Part shown: piece by piece, positions 36,116 to 44,498 of the stretch | How the letters are laid out: every line of letters starts with the position of its first letter | How positions within the stretch are numbered: the stretch's first letter is position 1 | Notes under the pieces: model-generated | What the model was told of the DNA's origin: nothing | Databases searched by the model: none | What the model saw: the letters and a program-made list of their open reading frames with translations, nothing else | Translations under genes and position numbers: made by a program | DNA from: a virus | Taxonomy: Duplodnaviria; Caudoviricetes | DNA: 64,000 bases | Strand: one strand, 5' to 3' | Virus record (IMG/VR): IMGVR_UViG_3300033070_000479 | Span: 1-64,000 of that record

Positions 36116-36930
36116 GTCGTCGTACAGACATGACCGCCCAACAGGCTGCGGTATGGAGGGTGACACAGTCGATCTTAGTTAAGAGGTCTAAAGGCCAGTG
36201 CGAGTTGTGCGGGTGCAAAGCCCTGTTCTTCAGCTCGGCCGTGACGACTTACGGCTCGGCGGCGCGCATCTCTGAGAACGGTGTGATCACGGTTGTTCAA
36301 AACGGCGCGTCGATCATGTGCGCGGCGGCGTGCGGAGGGCACCTGTTTCCGAGAACTAAGCACGGCGACGGACCTGGAAACGCGCTGTACCTGTGCAAGG
36401 CGTGCGAGGTGGCCATGACCAACAGGCACAAGATAGGAGGTAAGGCTTACAAGTGGCCGTACAAGGCTGTAAAGCGCGCCAAGAAATGGTGGTCCCCGGA
36501 AGCTTCGTCCGTGTTCTGCGTCGACTCTATTCTGCGGGCCAGAAGTCGCATGGAGGCGGGAGACGGCGGCATGGCGCACGTGATCACGACCAACTGGGTC
36601 AAAGTCGCCGCACACAGGCACGCCGAGACTGACAACGAGCTGGCTTGGGTATTCGGGAAGCTGGTGTCGTTCCCTAAATCCGGTTACCTGAAGATAACCG
36701 GATATCACCCTGACGTGACGGATCAGTCGATTTGGTTCAACTGCAAGCTGGGAACGCGGTCGAACCAGTCAGCGACCGGGGACACGCCTGCCGCGGAGAG
36801 CACGGCTTCCACCGCAGACGACTCGGGTCCGCGCAGCAATTCCGCTCTTTTGGCGACGGTAGCTACCGCAGACGGGCCCCAGGCCGTAAACAGCTCGTGG
36901 TCTGCTGAGGAGATGTCTGACTTGCTGTAG
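36112..36930 (+). CDS. hypothetical protein with CxxC motifs
   Basis: CELCGC and LCKAC motifs; ATGA coupling. Confidence 0.5.
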   Translation: MSRRTDMTAQQAAVWRVTQSILVKRSKGQCELCGCKALFFSSAVTTYGSAARISENGVITVVQNGASIMCAAACGGHLFPRTKHGDGPGNALYLCKACEVAMTNRHKIGGKAYKWPYKAVKRAKKWWSPEASSVFCVDSILRARSRMEAGDGGMAHVITTNWVKVAAHRHAETDNELAWVFGKLVSFPKSGYLKITGYHPDVTDQSIWFNCKLGTRSNQSATGDTPAAESTASTADDSGPRSNSALLATVATADGPQAVNSSWSAEEMSDLL

Positions 36931-37730
36931 ACCTTACCGGACGCCGACGGGATCAACTCGTCGGCGGCCTTTTTAGCGGCCGTCGGAGTCAACGACGTCA
37001 GGTGCTGGTGCGGGTCCGGCAGCTTCCACCCCATAGCTTTGTCCAAGTCCTTCAGAAGTTCAGCCGCCTTGTAGGGGCACCCGCCGTCTCGAACTTCCAC
37101 CTCAGCCGTGCACACGGCCTTGAGGAGGTCCTTGTCAGCCGACGCGAGTTTGAGTCTGGGTTCGAACGCGGCAGACAGGTCCGACGGGGCCCCCAGCCCG
37201 GCCATGCGTTCTACGACACACCGGTCTCCAAACTTGAGGGCCGGCATAGAGTCGTCAGCGAGAAGCACGTTTTCTGCGAACTTAACCCTGTCCTGTTCTG
37301 CGAAAGAGGAGGCGTGCTCCATCAAGTAAGAAGCAGCCGTGACGACGTCTGCGGCCGTTTTGACCGGGTACTTCTTTTGTTCCGGAAGACAGTAGTGCGG
37401 TTCCGGCGTCGACTTGTCTTCCGAGTCCCACACGGACAGGACGTCAAAAGCCGCCGCAGCCGCCTTAATGCGGTCGGCGACCGGGTGGTTCTTGGGTCCG
37501 TCCAGGTACTGGTACGTCAGGGCTGACGCCACCACCGAGGCCGGGTCGAAAATCGGGAATTGCCGAGTAGACGGGTCGGCGTACTTATCGGGGTACAGCC
37601 CGGCCCACTTTTCAGCGCCGTCCAGTAAGGTTTCAGGAGCCCCGGCCGCTTCGGCCGCCGCCTTCACGAACGGCAACCCACCCTTGGCGGCCGGACCAGG
37701 CTGCACGGGGGTAGAGAAAGCGGAGGACAT
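36723..37730 (-). CDS. hypothetical protein with two related (Y/H)xxP..(R/K)x(F/Y)P motifs
   Basis: Protein-like sequence begins at MSSAFST (ATG 37730); the 109-aa extension in the ORF track looks like an antisense shadow. Confidence 0.55.
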   Translation of the reverse strand: MSSAFSTPVQPGPAAKGGLPFVKAAAEAAGAPETLLDGAEKWAGLYPDKYADPSTRQFPIFDPASVVASALTYQYLDGPKNHPVADRIKAAAAAFDVLSVWDSEDKSTPEPHYCLPEQKKYPVKTAADVVTAASYLMEHASSFAEQDRVKFAENVLLADDSMPALKFGDRCVVERMAGLGAPSDLSAAFEPRLKLASADKDLLKAVCTAEVEVRDGGCPYKAAELLKDLDKAMGWKLPDPHQHLTSLTPTAAKKAADELIPSASGKVYSKSDISSADHELFTAWGPSAVATVAKRAELLRGPESSAVEAVLSAAGVSPVADWFDRVPSLQLNQID

Positions 37731-37734
37731 AATC

Positions 37735-39072
37735 GTGATCCCTGTTGAGGACTGGCCCGGCGATCCCGGCCGCGTTTGGTCTCTACTCGGACTAACCATC
37801 AGTGTAGCGGATGGATGGGCCGAGTGTCCTAATTGTAACTCGTCGGCAAAACTTAAAACAACACCCGTGGGCGGCTGGTGGTACTCCTGCCCCGAGTGCG
37901 GGTCGTGCGGGTGCCCCGCCGATGCCGTAACAACCTTTAGAAGGTCGTCCGACGACGACGCGGTACGTGAGTGGGCGGCTTCTGCCGAACACCCGGGTGT
38001 TAGGTCGGCACAGATAACAGAATGGCGGCGGGCTGTCCGCGCCAGGGACATCCTCAAAAACCTGTCGACGCTGGTGTGTGACTCGGTACTGGGTTCTCAA
38101 CGCTTAGTGATGAAACACAACTTTCCTCCCAGGAAGCCGTCTTCCGAGTGGGGGTTCGTCCGTGGCGACAAGGTTACGGACGCGGCGTCTAAGCTGGCCC
38201 GCATTGGCGGGTTCTCAATACACGCCAAGACGCTGGCTTCAGAGACCGACGGGTCTTGCTCCGTGGCGCTGATTCCGGGAGAAGACGGGATTCGGTTCAC
38301 AGGGGTGTGGGTTCTGGGCATCAGCGGGCGGTGGAACTGGCTCGGATACCGCGGTAGGGGGTGGAAAGAGTCGGCTTACGCTTTTGCGCCATTCGGGTTT
38401 TCCGGGGTGTGGATTAACCCGGTCGACGCCCTGCGGAGGGGAGGGGCGGTCGTTCGCGGGAGCCCGGCCGTGGCGGCAGCCCTAGTAAAAGACCTGGCCG
38501 ATGTTCGAAACGGTAATGCGCTCGTCGGCAGGCCCCTGTGCCCGGCCGGTCTGGCCTTAGCGTCTGTCGGTAACTTCGACACAACTGACCGGACCGGTAT
38601 TCTCGTGCCCTGGAGGGACGCCGCGGCAGACAGGCTCAGGTCCATGCCCGCCAAGGACTGCGCCGGGTTCCTGTCGGCAGCAAACTGGACGGGGGCCGCG
38701 CCTACGTCTTGGCCGGCAGCCGCCAAGGTTGCCGCGTCTTGCTCAGTTAAACACGCAAAGAGGTCTGTGGTGGTGTGCGGTAGCCGTACCTTCATCAAAC
38801 TCATTCACGGGTGGGAGGACGCGGAGACGGGGGAGCAGGTGATAAACCGATCGGTAGTCGTCTCTCGAGAGTCCACGGAGTCAGGTGTCGTGTACCACCT
38901 GAGCGTGGCGTCCCAGTACAAGACTTGGACCGGGTCGTGTAAGTCCAGAGACTTCCGTCGCGACCCGATCGGTGCCGTAGAAGCCGTGTGCGAAGGGGAC
39001 GTGTCGTACTCCGTCGGAGTCAACAAGCTCCTGTACCACTTAGCAGGGTCTCAAGTCTTAAACGACGGGTGA
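37735..39072 (+). CDS. hypothetical protein with N-terminal zinc ribbon
   Basis: GGAGG SD 8 nt before GTG 37735; CPNC...CPECGSCGC. Confidence 0.55.
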   Translation: MIPVEDWPGDPGRVWSLLGLTISVADGWAECPNCNSSAKLKTTPVGGWWYSCPECGSCGCPADAVTTFRRSSDDDAVREWAASAEHPGVRSAQITEWRRAVRARDILKNLSTLVCDSVLGSQRLVMKHNFPPRKPSSEWGFVRGDKVTDAASKLARIGGFSIHAKTLASETDGSCSVALIPGEDGIRFTGVWVLGISGRWNWLGYRGRGWKESAYAFAPFGFSGVWINPVDALRRGGAVVRGSPAVAAALVKDLADVRNGNALVGRPLCPAGLALASVGNFDTTDRTGILVPWRDAAADRLRSMPAKDCAGFLSAANWTGAAPTSWPAAAKVAASCSVKHAKRSVVVCGSRTFIKLIHGWEDAETGEQVINRSVVVSRESTESGVVYHLSVASQYKTWTGSCKSRDFRRDPIGAVEAVCEGDVSYSVGVNKLLYHLAGSQVLNDG

Positions 39073-40736
39073 GCCCCCGTGTAGTGCCAGCAGATCCACG
39101 TGGCCATGTTAGTGGCCTGTGCGAAGTCGTCGGAGACCTCGTCAGAGACCCGGCGAACAGAGTACTTAGCCCTGGCGCCGGAATCGACGTAGTGTTCGAC
39201 CAGGTAGGTGAAGTCTCTCAATATGCCGGGGCTGTCGTCGGACTTATAGTCGTCTTTGAAGAACCGTATCTTACCTCGTTTAATAGCCTCGGCCGTTAAC
39301 GACAACGACCGAGGCTTATCGACGTGGTAGTACCCCCGCGTCCTGTTACCGGAGGCCGGTAAGAACGAGACAATCAGTGACGACCCTACAGACGCGTAAA
39401 CAATAGGCGCAGTCCTGTTGTCGGGCAGGCCGTACACACGCATAAGATCCTGCCGAGCCGCACCGTTACCGTTGTAGTCGTGGGCCACCAGGTTCACTTC
39501 AAACGCGTTACAGACCTGGAGAATACGCTTAACCTGCTCGAGAGAGTCCTCGCCCAGGGGCCTCTTCTCGCCGTAGAGTACGTCAACGCCTCCGTCCGCC
39601 GACAGCGCCACGATAGACAAGGCGGTTCGGCTGGACCCGTCTTCGCCGCCGCCGGACCAGTCTACCCCGGCTACGACCATGTGATACCCGGCCATGCGGC
39701 GGTACTGGACGGCCTTATCAATGTCGTCGATGGGCAGTACTGCCGCCGCCTTCATCTGCTCGACGCTGAGGAGGCGGTGCGCGGAGTCGAACGGCTCACC
39801 GAGTACTTCGTTGTAGAACTTACCGATACCGTAGTCGCTGTCTCGTTTTTCTAGTAGTTCCCGCCACTTACGCGGACTGGCGTAGTGGTCCGGCATGATG
39901 ATCTGCGGGATGTGCAGACCCAACGAGCGACCGGCCATCTCAGGACGGCGGTGGTGCCACCACCCGTGCCGGGGGGATATCGGCTTCTGGCACCACGGGC
40001 ACACGGTGCCGGGCCTCTCTTCCGATATGTCCTGGCTCCAAGGCCCGATCATCTTCTCAATCTGACCGTGCGGGTGGCAGGCGGCTACCGCAACTTTGCC
40101 GCACGAATGACACGGCGTGTGCCACACGGACATGGTCGACTTTACGTACTGCTTCTCGAGAGTCGTGTCGTTGGTCTTACTGGTACCGCCGAACGTAATA
40201 ATCTTAGGCCGCTGAGACACACACTCTAGTATGATCGGGATGAACTCGGGGTCCATGTCCTGGGCTTCGTCGATAATAGCGCACGAGTTGTGAAAACCTC
40301 GGATCTGGTCGACCCTCAAGTAGGCGTAAAGGAAGTTCACCAGAGACCCGTTAGAAAACCGCCTACGCCTGACTGCCCCGTAATCACCGTCCGGGCACAG
40401 CATGGACCTTATCGGGCTCGACGACAATATCGGCAACATGTACTGCTCGCTAAGTCTGTCCGACTGAGACATTAGCGGGCAAACAACCATCGACTGCAAG
40501 TGTGGAATAAACCCGGAGTGCAGTAGCAGCCGCGCCATCATGGCGATGGATTTACCGACACCGCGGCCCGCCCGCAGCACAGTAATCTCTGGGACGTTAG
40601 ACGAGTAATACGGCCGAAACGGCAAGTAGTCTACAGAGTTGAGAGGCCTACCCTTAAACGACAGGAGACCGGGCACTGAGTCCGCTAAGGACGCCAAGTG
40701 CAGAGAATTATCGCCTACAACACTTACCTTAGACAT
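39051..40736 (-). CDS. terL: terminase large subunit
   Basis: Walker A AGRGVGKS, Walker B IIDEAQD, GGT coupling motif, nuclease GVDWSGG and DDFAQA; internal CxxC...CxxC. Confidence 0.88.
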   Translation of the reverse strand: MSKVSVVGDNSLHLASLADSVPGLLSFKGRPLNSVDYLPFRPYYSSNVPEITVLRAGRGVGKSIAMMARLLLHSGFIPHLQSMVVCPLMSQSDRLSEQYMLPILSSSPIRSMLCPDGDYGAVRRRRFSNGSLVNFLYAYLRVDQIRGFHNSCAIIDEAQDMDPEFIPIILECVSQRPKIITFGGTSKTNDTTLEKQYVKSTMSVWHTPCHSCGKVAVAACHPHGQIEKMIGPWSQDISEERPGTVCPWCQKPISPRHGWWHHRRPEMAGRSLGLHIPQIIMPDHYASPRKWRELLEKRDSDYGIGKFYNEVLGEPFDSAHRLLSVEQMKAAAVLPIDDIDKAVQYRRMAGYHMVVAGVDWSGGGEDGSSRTALSIVALSADGGVDVLYGEKRPLGEDSLEQVKRILQVCNAFEVNLVAHDYNGNGAARQDLMRVYGLPDNRTAPIVYASVGSSLIVSFLPASGNRTRGYYHVDKPRSLSLTAEAIKRGKIRFFKDDYKSDDSPGILRDFTYLVEHYVDSGARAKYSVRRVSDEVSDDFAQATNMATWICWHYTGAHPSFKT

Positions 40737-40905
40737 ACGGAGATCCTGTTGTCCGCAACTACTACTTCTAGCCAGTCCGTCTGGTCACTATACCCGAAAG
40801 CCGTCGGGGCGTGGATATGCTTGATGGTCCTCGGGGGGTCTGGAGAAGACAGAGAAACAGCCATGTGGCTGGTGTTCGGGTTCTTCGTACTGAGAGGAGT
40901 TTCTA

Positions 40906-41631
40906 GTGGCAAGTAAGTGTAACAGCCTTAGACGACGCGGAGGGGCTGCGGCGTCACCACGCACGTCAAACATAAAGCTAGGGCCGGTTGCGGCTACGTA
41001 CGTAAGTCAGAAGTCGTGCCCTAAAACATGCCCGTTCTACAACAACGGGTGTTACGCCGAGTACGGACCCATGTACTGGGCGGTGACTTCAAAGGTTAAC
41101 GCGTCGGCCGGAGACGATACTACGACGCAACTCGCTAAAGACGAAGCGGCTCTTATCGACGAGCTGCCGGCAGACGTACCTCTCCGACTTCACGTCGTGG
41201 GCGACTGCTCTACCAAAACCGCCGCTGCGATAGTTTCTGCAGCAGCCGACAGGTATGAAGAACGGGGAGCAGCTGCCGGAAACGAAGCTAGCGTGTGGAC
41301 CTACACACACGCCTGGAAGAAGGTGCCTCGTAAAGAATGGAAGCAAGTATCAGTTCTGGCGTCGTGCGAGAACGCGGATCAGGTAAAAGAAGCCACAGAG
41401 GCCGGGTACGCAACGGCCGTGGTCGTACCGGAGTTCAAACAAAACAGCGCGTACGAAGCAGACGGGATAAAGCTGATTCCGTGCCCGCAGCAAACTGGCA
41501 AGTGCGCGTCATGCCTAGACTGCAAGCTCTGTACCCGCGACGCCACGCTGCGTAACCGGGGGTTGACGATCGCATTCATCCCTCACGGACCCGGGACGAA
41601 AAAAGTACGAAAATCCCTTGACGTGATCTAG
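40906..41631 (+). CDS. gp88-like Cys-rich protein (putative Fe-S protein)
   Basis: SCPKTCPF...GCYA, RLHVVGD, WTYTH, ASCE and CPQQ..KCASCLDCKLC; GAGGAG SD. Confidence 0.6.
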   Translation: MASKCNSLRRRGGAAASPRTSNIKLGPVAATYVSQKSCPKTCPFYNNGCYAEYGPMYWAVTSKVNASAGDDTTTQLAKDEAALIDELPADVPLRLHVVGDCSTKTAAAIVSAAADRYEERGAAAGNEASVWTYTHAWKKVPRKEWKQVSVLASCENADQVKEATEAGYATAVVVPEFKQNSAYEADGIKLIPCPQQTGKCASCLDCKLCTRDATLRNRGLTIAFIPHGPGTKKVRKSLDVI

Positions 41632-41690
41632 ACGACAGAAGACGAGGCGCAGATACGGCGATATCATACCGGAAACCGAGGAGCTTCCGA

Positions 41691-41987
41691 ATGTTAACGC
41701 CGTACAGTGCGCCAGTTACGGTAGTTTCTGTCACGAGGTCTGTTGTCAAAAGAACAGACTCCTGCTGCGGTGACTCAGACCCGAACACGCTGCGCGAAAG
41801 TCTGATACCGGTATACGCCCACTTTCAAGCCTTTCAAGAGACCATCCGGAAGTTCAGTTCGAATAAGGGAAAGCCGCTCGCCGTTTACGACCAGGCAGAG
41901 CTTCTAGCAGCGGCACTCATCAAGCTCGTAGTGGACATGAAAGGCAAGTCTGACGTAGCTCCTCCTGAGATTTTTGACGAGGAATAG
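41691..41987 (+). CDS. hypothetical protein
   Basis: GAGGAG SD; 98 aa. Confidence 0.55.
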   Translation: MLTPYSAPVTVVSVTRSVVKRTDSCCGDSDPNTLRESLIPVYAHFQAFQETIRKFSSNKGKPLAVYDQAELLAAALIKLVVDMKGKSDVAPPEIFDEE

Positions 41988-42317
41988 AAATAAGTAGATT
42001 TACGTAAATACCTGGTAGTGCCTAGAGTTACGTCAAATGACCTAAAATGGCTAGTTTCTGACATTCGTCTTAGCGTAATAGTAATATAAGTGCTTACAGT
42101 ACAACGACTTGCGATACTCGTACAAACGTCTCGTAGTGACGAAGTCCAGCAAAAGCAGTTCTTTTTGTGTCAAAAATATTTTACACAAAAATCGTAAGTT
42201 ACGGATGGTCAACAAGTTACGCCATTCAAGTACTGGTTAGAGAGTAGCAAGATTTGGAACGTAACCTGTGTAGTTGCAACTACTTGGAGCATTTAGACGG
42301 TGCCAGAGGGGGGAGGC

Positions 42318-42347
42318 TTGACGTTTGCCTAATTCCCCCCCTATAAC
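42318..42347 (+). promoter_or_regulatory. sigma70-like promoter
   Basis: TTGACG-N18-TATAAC. Confidence 0.6.
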
Positions 42348-42361
42348 CCCCCGGGGGGGAA

Positions 42362-42428
42362 GTGTTCCACTGAACCCCTGATGAGTGTTCCATAGAACAC
42401 TCATCTTCAGGGGTTCAGTAAGGAACAC
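42362..42428. repeat. long inverted repeat (30-bp stem, two 2-nt bulges, CATA loop)
   Basis: GTGTTCC/GGAACAC, ACTGAACCCCTG/CAGGGGTTCAGT and ATGAGTGTTC/GAACACTCAT. Confidence 0.85.
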
Positions 42429-42696
42429 CACATATACCCGCGCGTGGCGACGCCACACGCCTCGCCTCCACTTCCGTTACGGCTTCGGCGGTGGCTGCAT
42501 CCGCGAACACGGCATTACCCCCGTAGGTCCCTTCTAACGTCTGTAAGAATATCAGAAAGATAGCAGCAGAAATAAACCATGCACCGGTGGTAAGAACGGT
42601 GACGCCAATAAACCCTTCTAAAATGACCCAGGATCGATTTTCTCCACTCAGACCGGTAAAGACTGCCTCTCTCGTAGAAAGCCTGCCATATCGCAT
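42415..42696 (-). CDS. possible small single-pass membrane protein
   Basis: Hydrophobic stretch FIGVTVLTTGAWFISAAIFLIFLQTL; weak SD; does not overlap the next gene if that gene starts at 42743. Confidence 0.3.
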   Translation of the reverse strand: MRYGRLSTREAVFTGLSGENRSWVILEGFIGVTVLTTGAWFISAAIFLIFLQTLEGTYGGNAVFADAATAEAVTEVEARRVASPRAGICGVPY

Positions 42697-42742
42697 CCTG
42701 TGCGAAATACGGCTATGTCCGGTAAAACAAAAGGAGATCTCA

Positions 42743-43411
42743 TTGACAGGTGAAGAATTCTGGTCCGGTGTTGAAGTGACTAACTTTGATTCAGATGACT
42801 TGGCCTACCGCATGGTTGCGGACTCTCTCCGATTCCTAACCGGATGGAATTCCAACCTTTGCAGCATTTGGCCGGCGTGGTTTGACGTCGTAACTAAGTC
42901 CAAAAGCGGTAAAGCGTTCTCTCGATGCCCCATGCCCGGTGTGGAGGCGCACCACCCGGAATTCAACTTCCGTCCGTGTCGTAGACCGGTATGCTTGCTG
43001 TGCAGATCCAGGCTTACGGCCCAGCTGTATCAGCCTCTGAGAGATGCGTACCATAGCGACCCGTATCTCCAGCTATCGTGTACGCAGCTTTCTCCGGGTT
43101 CTCGAAAAGGTACTCATGACGCAAAGTCAACGTCTGCTGTAGCTTGGGTTCGATCTACTGTGTCATCTTTGCAAGGAAAAGACTACCACCGGATGATCGG
43201 TTTGACTAAGTACCGCGCGTATGAAGACGGCAGCGACACAGTAGGCCATGAACGCGCAGAGAACGCCGTGCGGTGGGTCGGGACGTGGCCACAGTGGGCG
43301 TTTGACGGTAGAAAGTTTGGTACTCTGCTGAGAAGCAGGACTAGAGGCCTGACATACGGCGGGCTTGCTATTTTAGACGGGAGTCAACATGCCGCCTCGG
43401 CCTGTGTGTGA
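42743..43411 (+). CDS. hypothetical protein with H..C...CxxC zinc motif
   Basis: AAGGAG SD 6 nt before TTG 42743; HPEFNFRPCRRPVCLLC. Confidence 0.55.
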   Translation: MTGEEFWSGVEVTNFDSDDLAYRMVADSLRFLTGWNSNLCSIWPAWFDVVTKSKSGKAFSRCPMPGVEAHHPEFNFRPCRRPVCLLCRSRLTAQLYQPLRDAYHSDPYLQLSCTQLSPGSRKGTHDAKSTSAVAWVRSTVSSLQGKDYHRMIGLTKYRAYEDGSDTVGHERAENAVRWVGTWPQWAFDGRKFGTLLRSRTRGLTYGGLAILDGSQHAASACV

Positions 43412-44498
43412 CGTAGCGGCTGATTGGCACATACCCGTCCGGTTTGGTGGAGGGTCGTGGGGTCAGTTTCCTGAGTTGTGCGGAGACGCTATTTGCTCCC
43501 TGGCGCAGGTGGCGTCGGCGTCGGCAGAAGCCGGTATCCCGCTTGTTGCGCCCGGGGACTTGTTCGACGGACCCCGGGTAGACGCCGCTCAGCTTCTAGC
43601 CGTAAAAACCTGCCTTAAGCCTCTAGCCGATCGCGGCATTCCGTTGATTTACGTCCTCGGTAACCACGACCAGGGACAAGACTGGCTGAGCGTGTTGCCG
43701 CACTGCGTCAACGTGTCAGGCCTGCGTGTGTCGTACGCCGGAGTCACCTACTCCGGCTTGTCGTATTCGCACGACATACGGTCTGCGCTCGAATCGTCCG
43801 GTCTGTTCGAGAGCCCTACAGACGTCGGACTGTATCACCAGACGTGGTCTGAACTTGCGCCGTGCGGGTCCAGTTCTCCGGTAACGCTTTTACCCGAGCA
43901 CCGGCTGGCGGCAGTGGGCGATATCCACATATCCGCTCGGTGGTCGCCTCCGTCAGGGCCAAGCCTGGCCGTGTCTTCCGGTCCTCTTGCCCCGCAGTCG
44001 ATCGCAGAGTTAGCCCCCATCGGCGTTTACAGGTTCTTCGACGACGGCACGGCCGAGCGCGTCGTGCTCAACCACCGGGACGTCAAACTCGTAGACTGCG
44101 GGCCTGGGGAGACTAGCTTGGACGAGCTGCAGCGCGTCATCACAGACATGGCCTCGGCGCACAACGCGTCAGGACTTAAGCCGGCCTGCATTGCCCGGTG
44201 GGCTTTTTCGTCACCGCCCCCGGAGTCCCTGTCGGACTTCGCCAGGCATTCGGGGGTGTTGTTATGGGTTCGTCGCGTAAAATCTCAGACGGTTTCACCC
44301 GACACACCGGCTCTGATTCCAGTTCCGCAGGTTACAGCCGGTGCGGCCTTGTCTACGTCGCTTCACTCAAGACTTTCGAGTAACCCTAAGGCTGTGGCTC
44401 TGGCGGAGTCGGTCTTGTCCGCCGCCGTGTCAGGGCCTACTGCGGCCAGGCAGGCGGCGGTAGAAGCTAAATCTAAATTCCTACAGGAGTCCGTATGA
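43389..44498 (+). CDS. sbcD: SbcD/Mre11-like metallophosphoesterase nuclease
   Basis: DWH, GDLFD, GNHD, HQ and GDIH motifs; phage homologue. Confidence 0.85.
   Translation: MPPRPVCDVAADWHIPVRFGGGSWGQFPELCGDAICSLAQVASASAEAGIPLVAPGDLFDGPRVDAAQLLAVKTCLKPLADRGIPLIYVLGNHDQGQDWLSVLPHCVNVSGLRVSYAGVTYSGLSYSHDIRSALESSGLFESPTDVGLYHQTWSELAPCGSSSPVTLLPEHRLAAVGDIHISARWSPPSGPSLAVSSGPLAPQSIAELAPIGVYRFFDDGTAERVVLNHRDVKLVDCGPGETSLDELQRVITDMASAHNASGLKPACIARWAFSSPPPESLSDFARHSGVLLWVRRVKSQTVSPDTPALIPVPQVTAGAALSTSLHSRLSSNPKAVALAESVLSAAVSGPTAARQAAVEAKSKFLQESV

Larger units (their letters stand above)
41988..42430. other. AT-rich non-coding control region / candidate replication origin
   Basis: Largest gene-free stretch in the window; repeated TTACG, A-tracts and several palindromes. 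Confidence 0.45.

Noticed and set aside
40698-40916. Small ORFs on either strand between terL and the gp88-like gene as terminase small subunit or holin
   Set aside because: No convincing SD, HTH or clear transmembrane topology; I cannot choose a strand.
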